Shown: positions 23,497 through 34,208 of the stretch, piece by piece | Position numbering within the stretch: the stretch's first letter is position 1 | Layout: each line of letters begins with the position of its first letter | Source: Macrostomum lignano | Taxonomy: Eukaryota | Reading direction: 5' to 3' | Length of the DNA: 64,000 nucleotides | Assembly: GCA_002269645.1 (NCBI GenBank) | Contig: NIVC01002471.1 | Span: 1-64,000, forward strand | Position numbers and translations under genes: made by a program | The notes under the pieces: generated by a model | Told to the model about the DNA's origin: nothing | The model's database searches: none | Seen by the model: the letters and a program-made list of their open reading frames with translations, nothing else

Positions 23497-26400
23497 CATT
23501 TTGCTTGGGCCAACTCCTACTTACTAATGCTATCTGATAAACGCACGAGCTCATGACCATGATTTTTAGAGAAATATATTTGCCCTAATTTTGTTTCATT
23601 TCAGTTTTTAGTGCAGTGCAGTCTGTTGTTTGACATAGTCCCTACACTAGGCCTATACTTATACAATACTAGTTAATGAAGACAAAGTCTTTTCGCCCCA
23701 GTGAGCTTTGGGGTTGGAATTTTATAATACCTAGTGTTGTATCGATTATTTAAAGACTTTCAAGGCATTATTAACGCTGATGTTCCTAATATTTTGCGTC
23801 GTGTCATACATAAAGTTAGCCTAATAGATAAAGTAGGGCGAGAGTTGTAAAATGTCTCTAACGTCAAATGATTTATAGGAAGGGAATTAGGGATGTCGAT
23901 TCCCCAGGGAATTATCTTATCGGGGACCCCGGTGAAAAGAAAAAATAAGTAAAAACGGTGGATCACTTAGATTGTAAGTGGAATTTTTTAAACTTTGATT
24001 TAAGCTTTGTACTACATGTTCAAGGCGCAGGGGTAAAAATTTTAAACAATGTTTTTTTAAACTGTATTTGACAATGTGGCATCACGAAATCGTGCGCGCA
24101 CCTTTATCGGAAAAGTGCATTTGTTGGAATGCATGCTAAACAGCTACGCTCGTGAGAGGATAATTAATGAATGAGACTGTTTTTATAATCGGAATTTTAT
24201 TTATTGCATATATATGTAAATCACCATTTTGTCCTTGTCTAATAGGGAGTATATGTATGAGAAATGGCTCATAATAATATGAGACGTGTGCATCGAAAAA
24301 ATGACAAGAAAAATCTCACAAAAACTGCTGTAACTTCAAAACTACAAGTGCGAATTTCACAAGTGAGGTGTCATTTTAAAGAGAAGAATCTGATCTATTT
24401 AACGAGTATAGTTTTGTATGGATTCACTGCGGAGAAAAGGAACAGGCTTCAGTTGAAATGTTTGTCTTAAGATTATGTCTTTACAAAAGTGCATTTCCTC
24501 ATGCACATTAAAACTCGAGCTAAAAATGTTCGAGGGTTATAGGTGCGCCTTACTAAGATGCATAACATTATTGGGTTGTTTTTTTCAATTGTATCAAAAA
24601 GTTGGCACTTTGGTTGCAAAAAATGCAAAAATTGAAAATGTACTTTTACAGTTTTTTTGCATTTTTTTCTATACTGCTAATAGTTAAGCATACATACTAT
24701 GCACCAATTGATGCGCAATTCAAAGATACACAAGTGTGGAAGTTTTCAATTCTTAAACATTTGAAATCAGAAAGTTATCGACGAAAGACTAAAAATCATG
24801 ATCTCAAACTGATTTGAGGAAAAGTGCTCATTATAATTTTTGGAATATGGAAGAAACAATTCAACGCCGTCATTTAATTCCAAACTAACTGTACTTTAAG
24901 GTACTGCGATGATTTTTTTATTGAAAGAGCGAAACCTGTTTAAATATTTGAAAAAATGGAAAAAAAGTACCTTTTTTCATAGAAATACACTCTTTTGACT
25001 GCTTAATCCGATTTCCAACAACAAAATAGTTGCTTTCCTGCTGGTGCAAACCGTTATTAGGGTGAATTTTCAAAATTGCATACTGTGCCAAAAGTAAACT
25101 GAAGCTTAATATTTATAAACATTAGAAACGGGACCACTAATGGGTATTTTACTTTGGTTACTTACTATGGACTAAACTGGCACTGGCAGAGACAGATTTG
25201 AGAGAAACTAATTGCTCCATTGTATTTGTATTTGGCTCCAGCGTTACAAATTACAATAGCTATTTCGGGGTCTAACCGGCTAAGTTATCAAAAAAGCTAG
25301 ATACCAATCACCAGTTTCATCATCAGCTATACCTACCACGATTTTATAGTCACATGCAACAGTAATACCCTCCTTTAAAAGTTTTCAATATCTAAAATGA
25401 TGTGTTAAATTTTATAAAATTTCATAAACAATGAAATTTTAGCTGTTTACGTGCTGGTGGTTTGAACGTAGCTACTTTGTGCGAAAATACACTGTCATTA
25501 ATACCGTACCTATTATTGTATTTATTGTATTGAAAGTTGATGTGTAAATTGTACTTTTCTATTTTTTTGTCATTCGTTATCGCACTCGGGCCGGCCTGCC
25601 TGCCTTGTGGGGTGTGGTGGCCTTGGCCACTTTCTCCCCCTTCTGCTAGGATCCAAAGCAAGCTTTCAAGTGTACATTTAATATTATCGATCGATTATTT
25701 AAAACAAGCCTCTAGTGGCTGGTGTTGAGAGTGAGTGGCCTTGAGTGTACGCGAAAGCAAGAGGAAGCCCATGGGCGGACTATATGAACCTTCCTTTAGT
25801 GGAAAGTTGGGCCTTGTGCATTGGATAGTGTACGCTACACAAGACAGAAGGTAAAGAGAAAGAGAACGACAGGCTAGCCAATAGCGATAGCATGTGCTTC
25901 TTTCTCTCCAGTCCACTATGGTAGGGGGGGGGAGGGGGTGTCAGACGGCCCAACTCTAACCCCCATACCCAAAACAGCGTACATGTAGAATAAGAAGGGA
26001 TTGGGTCCAGATAAGTCTTCCCAAATGTACATGTATGTACAAAGACAAACACAGACAAGAAAAATGGCTCTAAAAACCATTGTTATTGTTACACTGTGTG
26101 TCTATTTTTATTAACTTGACTTTGACTTGTCTTTACTCTAGCATGGTCAAGGATAATTACTGTTACTTCATACCAAATTTACAATTAATTGCATAAGATT
26201 AAGAAGGAATAATACAATCGAGGTCGAACCCATGATCACTTGACCCACCCACCCATGATCACTTCTGATTCTGACCTACATGTATCTACTATATCCTGCC
26301 AGTTTCTCCAGTTTTATGGGTCTTGGTGTCGGTGATTCGAGCAATTCCATTACATTTTATCGGTGCAGTGCGTCTATTAATGCTTAGCTACTTGTATTTG

Positions 26401-27600
26401 TGTTGCAGAACTTATGCTCGTAGTTTCCCTTCTAGGGATGTTGACCCCGGGAGTGCTCCCCGGGGAGCTTGTCGGGGAATACTCTCCGGGGAATTTAACC
26501 GGGGACCCTGGGGAGAAAAAATATGAAAAAATGCATTTGTAACTTAATTTTTGCCATTAAAATAAGAAACTGATTCACAGAAAGCTGATTGAAACTCTGT
26601 CTATGCTCTTTTACCGCATAATTGCTTATTTCAATGCATTACATGTATTTGAAACACAACACACGTTTGATTGTTTTTTCACTAATAAGTCATTCAATCA
26701 AGCAAATTGCACGTAGAAAAGAAACCCGTCAGGAAAAAGAAGCCTTACTGACTAGTGACTGCTGTGTTGGTCTGCGTTGACGGCTTGACGCAGGCGCAGC
26801 GCTGCGTCATGCGTCAGGCACTGACGCATAGGGGGGTGTCATACATATACTCCCTATTAGACAAGGACAAAATGGTGATTTACATATATATGCAATAAAT
26901 AAAATTCCGATTATAAAAACAGTCTCATTCATTAATTATCCTCTCACGAGCGTAGCTGTTTAGCATGCATTCCAACAAATGCACTTTTCCGATAAAGGTG
27001 CGCGCACGATTTCGTGATGCCACATTGTCAAATACAGTTTAAAAAAACATTGTTTAAAATTTTTACCCCTGCGCCTTGAACATGTAGTACAAAGCTTAAA
27101 TCAAAGTTTAAAAAATTCCACTTACAATCTAAGTGATCCACCGTTTTTACTTATTTTTTCTTTTCACCGGGGTCCCCGATAAGATAATTCCCTGGGGAAT
27201 CGACATCCCTAATTCCCTTCCTATAAATCATTTGACGTTAGAGACATTTTACAACTCTCGCCCTACTTTATCTATTAGGCTAACTTTATGTATGACACGA
27301 CGCAAAATATTAGGAACATCAGCGTTAATAATGCCTTGAAAGTCTTTAAATAATCGATACAACACTAGGTATTATAAAATTCCAACCCAAAGCTCACTGG
27401 GGCGAAAAGACTTTGTCTTCATTAACTAGTATTGTATAAGTATAGGCCTAGTGTAGGGACTATGTCAAACAACAGACTGCACTGCACTAAAAACTGAAAT
27501 GAAACAAAATTAGGGCAAATATATTTCTCTAAAAATCATGGTCATGAGCTCGTGCGTTTATCAGATAGCATTAGTAAGTAGGAGTTGGCCCAAGCAAAAC
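23497..27600. mobile_element. 4.1-kb foldback-type element with ~760-bp inverted arms (23499-24260 / 26839-27599), no transposase seen
   Basis: Arms are near-identical reverse complements (the same 68-aa ORF at 23760-23966 minus and 27133-27339 plus). Flanked by the direct repeat AGCTTGT (23490-23496, 27601-27607). Left end starts CA; right end lacks the matching TG. Confidence 0.8.
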
Positions 27601-27939
27601 AGCTTGTTTATATTTAGGCTGCTCTTGAAGTATTTGTGAATGCAAGCAGAGCGTGCGAACTAACTAGCCTGCTTGAACAAACTTCAAGGCCTTGAGCTTG
27701 CTTGAGGCGTAACATAATTTTTTTCAATAAATGATTTATTTGAAAATGTTGTGAATTTGATTTTAACAGTATAAAAAAGGTAACGACAAGACAAACGACA
27801 AGCAAGCATGTAACTACCTACACCACGTAACTTGACTAAGTATTTTTCAAAACTGCAATAAATTGCGATATAATTTCACCACAATAAAAAAATAAAAAGA
27901 AAAAGCTATATGAAGCGAAGAATTGTGTCTATAAATGTA

Positions 27940-28030
27940 TAAATATATAAATAAAATAAATAGTAAATAAATATAAATAATAATAAATAATAAAAAATAA
28001 ATAAATATAAATAAATTTTGATAAAATATA
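27940..28030. repeat. AT-only low-complexity tract (TAAA/ATA-like)
   Basis: ATAAATATATAAATAAAATAAATAGTAAATAAATATAAATAATAATAAATAA... Confidence 0.7.
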
Positions 28031-28276
28031 AGTTGCGGCTTTTATTTTTATACTGTATAGCTAAATTAGTCCGACAAAATTCATCGCATGTGCTTCGCCC
28101 CCACACCCCCATCCCCAACTCCAACCATAGACATACAAGTATGGCTCCGGGATTTATCTGAATACATCCCGCAAATTAAAGTAGTTTCAATAAGATAGAT
28201 AAAATTCTATGGGTTTGGGTTCGGTATTTCACTTAAATCCCTCGAGCCGAATATCTTATAATACACAACGATAATA

Positions 28277-28968
28277 TAGGATTTTTCGTTTGATTTCATA
28301 AAATTGTCATTTGATTTCGTCCATAGAAGTTGGCAGCGCGGCCATAGAGTCTATGGCAATAAAGTGCGCTGTTTTCCAATAGAATTCATGACTGCCACTT
28401 CATTTCGACATATCCAGTAGAAATTGGCAACAGAATAGTCGATGCGCTTGTCCAGTACAGAAAGAACTGTTAAAAACAGAAAGTCGTGTGCATGCAGTTT
28501 CGCCTTCATCTCCTTTAATGTCAACATTGGATTGTCTTCTATGCCAGAAACGAGTTCTTGTACGATTGGATCGGCCTTAGGATTGTTTCCTCCTTTCGGC
28601 AGCTTGTCGATGCGCCCAGTCTCTTCGTACACCTTCACTATGGAGTACACTGTCTGTTTGTTGATGTTGAGCCATCGCGCTATGTCCGTCCGGCACACAA
28701 GGAAGGTGACTGTTGCCCAAGAAGAGGACACATTCATATAGGCTTTTCATTTCTATGAGAGGTTTGGCCATAGATATTCACCCACTGATATCCCAGCCCC
28801 CTCTGGCAGTGTTTGAGCCACTCCGCGCGCCAAGTCGAAATGAAGTGGCAAAGTTATGAATTCAATCGGAAAACAGCGCACTTTATTGCCATAGACTCTA
28901 TGGCCGCGCTGCCAACTTCTATGGACGAAATCAAATGACAATTTTATGAAATCAAACGAAAAAACCTA
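28277..28968 (-). mobile_element. Internally deleted Tc1/IS630-like DNA transposon
   Basis: ~135-bp TIRs (28277-28409 / 28834-28968) and TA TSD. The minus ORF encodes an HTH-type N-terminus (DIARWLNINKQTVYSIVKVYEETGRIDKLPKGG...EDNPMLTLKEMKAKL) that runs into the TIR with no DDE domain. Confidence 0.85.
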
Positions 28969-29429
28969 TAATAAATATTGATAAAAATGCACGCAATACA
29001 CTATACATGTAGCTCGTAGCGTCGACTTCGATCAACCGACTCCAATTCCATCTGTGCGAGCTGTTGAGCCTTGGATGAAAATTTCGACACATCGGTACAT
29101 AAGAGCTGCATGGATGGTACGATCATCAACCAGCTCATCTATTCCTGTCAGTGCAGAGACCCACTCGGATCAAAGCGGCTCAACATGCATTGACAATCAA
29201 ATGCTGTCATTGCGTATTGCCGTTACTTTACTGTACGCCCGTCGCTCCTACATGTAGATATAGCGCCAAACTTTGCATCATGTGAAAGAGAACAAAATTT
29301 TGAGCAACCTGGCGAAAAAATTATCATTCTAGGTGCAACCAGTCCGGAGTTATGAGCATTTAAAGTTTAGCTGCAATGCTAACAAGCGGGCCTTCAAATA
29401 ATTTTGCAATATTTACAAGTGTTGCGTCC

Positions 29430-30760
29430 TGATACAACGGTAACTTCTAGTGGTCCTTGATACGATTATCTAGAACTCCTATGGGCAGCTCCTACGTGCT
29501 AGTATGGCAAATACCGCACGTACGAGTTAGTGTAAATTCGCTTAAGGCAATGACGCTGCAGCTGCAACTCTGGCAGAATGCACTGTAGCACCTCGTTCAT
29601 GCAGTGTTGCTGTCTTGGCGCAAACTGCTGCGGATATAGGCTTCGGATAGCTTCAACAAGTTGATCTACGCTTGCTGGTCCAGTCGCCACAGACGTTATC
29701 AGGTTGGTCATTGCGGTGTTCACTGCCCCACCTGACAGGCTGAAGGAGCTGGACTTTGCTGCTGATGCAGTGAAACAGTTGTGGAACAACAGTTGCGTAG
29801 CACTGCTGACCATGGTTTTGAAGACCAAAGACTCTTGAAGACTGAGGCTTGGATCGTGAGCTGCTGCTGGCTGACTGAAACTCCTCTTGCTGGCCGCTAG
29901 GCTGTTGCTCAGTAGGCTTTCGCTGCTGTGGTAAAGCATTTTCTCTGGCATAAAGTCTGGCAACAAGGCTGCGTGGAAGAGCGGAATCGGCTAGCACCAG
30001 ACCTTCGATAGCTATCTTGGTGGTAAGCGTAGCAGCCCAGGAGTTTGAGCACTGCCATTAAATGACAATCGCAGCCTGCAGTCGTATTTCCTGCTTTTGC
30101 AGACGAATAGTAGCCATGAAGAAGTTGCAATCCTGGATCTTTAAAACCACAGCGATTGTCTGCTGCTGTCGCACACTCTAAGAATCACGCGGTAGGATTT
30201 CGAATTATGGCGCGAGAAAACGACAGCTAGAAAAATCCAAGACAGATGCCATCGACCAAATCGGTTGCTTCAGATTTCTGGCTCCGTCTCTTGCCGAAAC
30301 TTCCAACACTTTAGGTGGCTCGGAAGTTCGGATGTGAGCGACTCAAAGTCTCTCCAGGAGTCACCTTCGTAGCTACTGAGAACCTCTTTGACACGAATGT
30401 TTTGAATGTAATCATCGGCTTGATTTAGTTGATACGGACCCACCAAAACCTCTGTCAAATTCTCTGTGTGAATTTGAGGGAACCCCGAGCTTTTTGGATC
30501 CAGCGGGTTGATGGCAATCCATGCCCTTGTGTTAGCAGAGGGGACACGCGTCAGATCACAGTTGAAGTGCAGCTGCTCAATTTCGTCCAGTTCGTTGGAC
30601 AAGAACACTCAGCGCATGAAATTCTCACCGAATTCGAACAACGATAGCCCTGTCCATGACGGTGGCAGCTGTTTAAATGATTCAAAACCTAGACGCACCC
30701 GGTTGTACTTTGGAATCGAGTTCTCGATAACGTCTAATCTGCTGATTCCAGTCGGTTTGG
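29430..30760 (-). pseudogene. Decayed ORF: transposase-associated C-terminal/SWIM-like region followed by a USP (peptidase C19) catalytic domain N-half
   Basis: Across frameshifts: FPQIHTENLTEVLVGPYQLNQADDYI; AVVFSRHNSKSYRVIL; LHGYYSSAKAGNTTAGCDCHLMAVLKLLG; RVFGLQNHGQQCYATVVPQLFHC (USP Cys box); DQLVEAIRSLYPQQFAPRQQHCMNEVLQCIL (QQD box); EFTLTRTCGICHTS (fingers CxxC). Confidence 0.65.
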
Positions 30761-32099
30761 TCTGAAGCCTTGCTTTGGGCTCCATTTGGGAGCCTTTGAC
30801 ATGAGATCCCTATTTTATCCCCTTTTTTCCTCTGGGACCGCAAGGAAGGGACCCGGATGGGATGTCTCGGCGATTCTAATCACCTGGTCCGACCAGTTAT
30901 CGATTCCAATCGGTTTGGTCCGGAGCTGAACTTCGGGCTCCATTCTAGAGTTGACACCCCCTTTCGTTAATTCACCCCGATCAGGTTGTCTACTAGTTGG
31001 CTTATTAGATCTCTTTGTTGAAGTGGCTAGATTTTGTGTAAAGAAATCACTAAGTGTTAAAGCTCGTAACTATACTATCAACAGATTGCTATATTGTTTG
31101 AAACGATATTCGAATTTCGAAGCATGTAACCTAGTTATTCAGTGAACAACTACTGGTATAATGAAGAGTGTGAGAGATGGTTTGTCAATGCACTTTGAAT
31201 GTCAGGTGCAACTAGACCATGCTGTTATCTTGGTTTTCTACTCAGACTATATTTCTTTAGCTCTGTTTTTGCCTACAACTGAACTAAATCACCTACCTTT
31301 CTGTTCTGTTGGCCTCTCTTTACTCAACAATTCAGCTGTGTGCTGTGCATGCCATCCAAGCAATGAAGCACCTCGGGGGGAGGGGGGAGAAAGAGAGACG
31401 CAGAACGATAAAGCTCGCGCATGTATACAGCTGTTGTTACTCCGTTGAGCTGAGTAATTAAACCGCTCGATATTTTTTCGGACTCGGTCTTGCTTCCATC
31501 CATTCAATTTCAAACGTTGTCTCTGCTTGAGCACAGAGCCGCATTTTGCTCGCCCAATTTGCAGCAGAAGGGTTTGAGAGAAAATTGGCTGATCTGAGCG
31601 TCTCGACTCTCTTCTCAGCAACCTCGGAGGCTATAAATAGTGCGATTGTGCTTTCAAAGCAACTCACCCATCCACAGATTCAGCAGCTTGGCTCTACTAA
31701 GCTCTCAGCCCAGCCCAAAAGACGCAAAAAGTTTTGCACCTCCTTTTGATTACTCATTCCATTATTGGAGCGACTAGCGTGTAAAGAAAGAAACATCAAG
31801 GACTAAAAGCAAACGACAAATGTGAGTTATAGTGGCATTTAACAATAAATTTATCAATAATGTATATTCTTATTTATCAAATCCAAAAACTACAGCAAAA
31901 CCAGATCTGTAGTAAAAGCACCGGGCTGGGCAAAAAAGGCACGGCTGAGCTGATTTGAGGGGCAGGTCGATGATGTAGAGAAGCCCCCTGCTTTAGGCCA
32001 TCCTCAAAAAACAGACTTTGAAGACTTTCCGAGTGCACCCAACATCCTCCGGACGGCCATCGACACGGTCACCGAGTGTGATGCTCTAAACGGAAAGCT

Positions 32100-33050
32100 A
32101 TCCTCAGCTATGTTAAACACGATAAATGAGTTTATCCCCTGCCTATCCGAGACCAACAGCAATTAGGTTCCAACTCCAATCCACGGCTCCTCGACGCCAC
32201 CTTTGACAGCCAACTCTGCTGGAGCAAGCACGACACCAAGGTCAGACGCGGCATGGCACAGCGCCGCAGAGCTCTCTCCACCCTCGCCCACTGCAGGACC
32301 AGCGCTGACTCCCACGTCCTGCTCATGGCCTACATCGCCACCTTATCACGGGTTGCTGCAGCACTAATCCCAAGCTACCAGTCGCTGTGCGTGGCTAACC
32401 TGCCGCCTGTTGGAAATATCACACTCGAGTGTTCCGTTAACCTCTTTGAGAAAATCGATAGGCTTAGCTGCCTCTCGGCCGCCACGGCCCGCCGCAATGT
32501 CAGTGGGCCTGTATCTTCACCACCTGATCCCGGAGACCACCCTGTGACCCGTTCTGAGGCTGGACTACAGCGGATAGTACATCAATTTCGACTTCAGTGC
32601 GCCCCACAATGCTCCATCTGACCTCAGAGCCACTACTGCAGCGGCGAACGGCATCGCCTTGAACCAAACTGTGAAAGGCCATCGCCTGGACCGAGAGCTC
32701 TGCCAACGACGGCACGGGCAAAGGCGGCAGCGCCTTAGTCATCAGTCTTAACGGCCAAACTTACATCATCCGTCATCCCGCCGGCGTCCTCTGTGGGAGT
32801 TTCCAGGCGCTGCCCTGCAGTCCTGACAGCTCGACACTTCTTCCAGACCCGCCAGTCTTGTGGTCCTCTCGGACGGAAAGCCTTAGCGCCCTTACCGCCC
32901 TTAAGCAAGGCCCGCTGCGCAAAACCTCTGACGCGTCTGATTTCAAGATTTCAAGACAGCACCGCCGTCCTGTTTGTTCGCGTCCTTGGCCACGCTGGCA
33001 TTGAAAGTGACGACGATGCTACGAACGCCGACGCCGCCAAGGTGCCAGGA
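32100..33050 (+). mobile_element. Decayed LINE ORF2 remnant (RT thumb plus RNase H)
   Basis: NPRLLDATFDSQLCWSKHDTKVRRGMAQRRRALSTL...LLMAYIA matches the RT C-terminal LGVxFDxxLxWxxH pattern; VLFVRVLGHAGIESDDD...ADAAK is a degenerate RNase H WVPGHxGI motif. Many frameshifts. Confidence 0.65.
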
Positions 33051-33959
33051 AGGCATGCACGTCAGCCTGGTCTCAGCCAGAGCCGCCAGCCGCAACAAAA
33101 CCCGCTACTTTGGCTCTCTGCTGCTCCACCTGTCATGGAACCTCTCTGAACTGTGATGCTCAGGATACTGTCTTGTATGTGTCCTCCGTCACTGTCTGAG
33201 GGGCAACGACACCCCTCTTCAGACAAGATTGACTGACTCCTCGAAAAGATGGCCCCAAGAATGTTAGGGCCGTCGCGCTAGCGCTAACCTGCGAGCTGGC
33301 AAAGAAGAACAATAAGCTATTTCTGCTGCGGGCAGAACGACTCGGCGCAGGGCCTGTCCAGCTATCACTAGGCGCCCTCAGACATCCAGGACAGCAGGGC
33401 GAGATCATCGACGTTGTCAAGCCTATTATTATCAACAAGAGTATCGTCTGTAGAGCTCAATTGCTCGTAGGAGCATTGATGGCGTACTAGACCACGCGAC
33501 CAAGCCAGAAATTATATCATATAACGCCCTGTAGTTAAGCAGCCGCCACGGCCTCTTCCACCATTCAACTGGCTTTAATGCTCAAACGGAGCCGCTTCGG
33601 GGCTCCATCGTCGCTTTGGAGGACGGTAGAGCTGATCACTAAAATCAAGGTTGTGGACGAGTAGACGATTTTTGGACGGCGGACCCACCCACGCAATGAG
33701 GAAATGCTCACGAAAGCGCAAAACCACGTGATATTAAGGTTAAACGTAGTCTAGGAGACGAAGGTCCACATGATCCATTCCCAAGCCAAGAATCAATGCT
33801 AATACGCTCGTACCTGAGATATTGCTTTGAGCGATTGCTAATTCTTATCTTGCGCACCGGGTGAAGCGAGTACGCCTGCTCGATGCAATCACGGGCACAA
33901 AGCCATGCACAGGCACTGTGCACCCACACCAGGAAAACAGGGCTCCCAGGCCACTACTA

Positions 33960-34080
33960 ACAATGATTGGCTGGGCCAATTTGCACATTTAGAGGTGCAT
34001 ATATATTGACTGAACCAAAATACGGATCGGAAAAAGTGAGAGTCATATTTTACAGAAAATATGATGCGGCGCCATCTTAT
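33960..34080 (+). promoter_or_regulatory. Possible core promoter upstream of the ABCG gene
   Basis: ATTGG and CCAAT pair at ~33965-33980 and a YY1-like CGCCATCTT at ~34069. Motif match only. Confidence 0.25.
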
Positions 34081-34208
34081 CTGGCGGTCCGACGGTGTTC
34101 AGAAGCTTGAAAGTCTTGGATGCCAAATTTGGCCAAGCCAAGCCAAACCCAGGCCGAAAAGACGTTGTTCGAGAATTTATCTGAAATCCTCCTCCACCTC
34201 ATAGGGAA

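Noticed and set aside
28143-28248. ~15-bp inverted repeat pair (GGCTCCGGGATTTA / TAAATCCCTCGAGCC)
   Set aside because: Short, imperfect and no TSD; insufficient for a MITE call.
29006-29259. TACATGTAG direct repeats ~245 bp apart as a TSD
   Set aside because: Common near-palindromic motif, with no TIRs or LTR features between the copies.
33587-33606. GGAGCC-GCTTCGG-GGCTCC hairpin as a Helitron 3' end or terminator
   Set aside because: No CTRR terminus downstream and no U tract; a single small hairpin is expected by chance.
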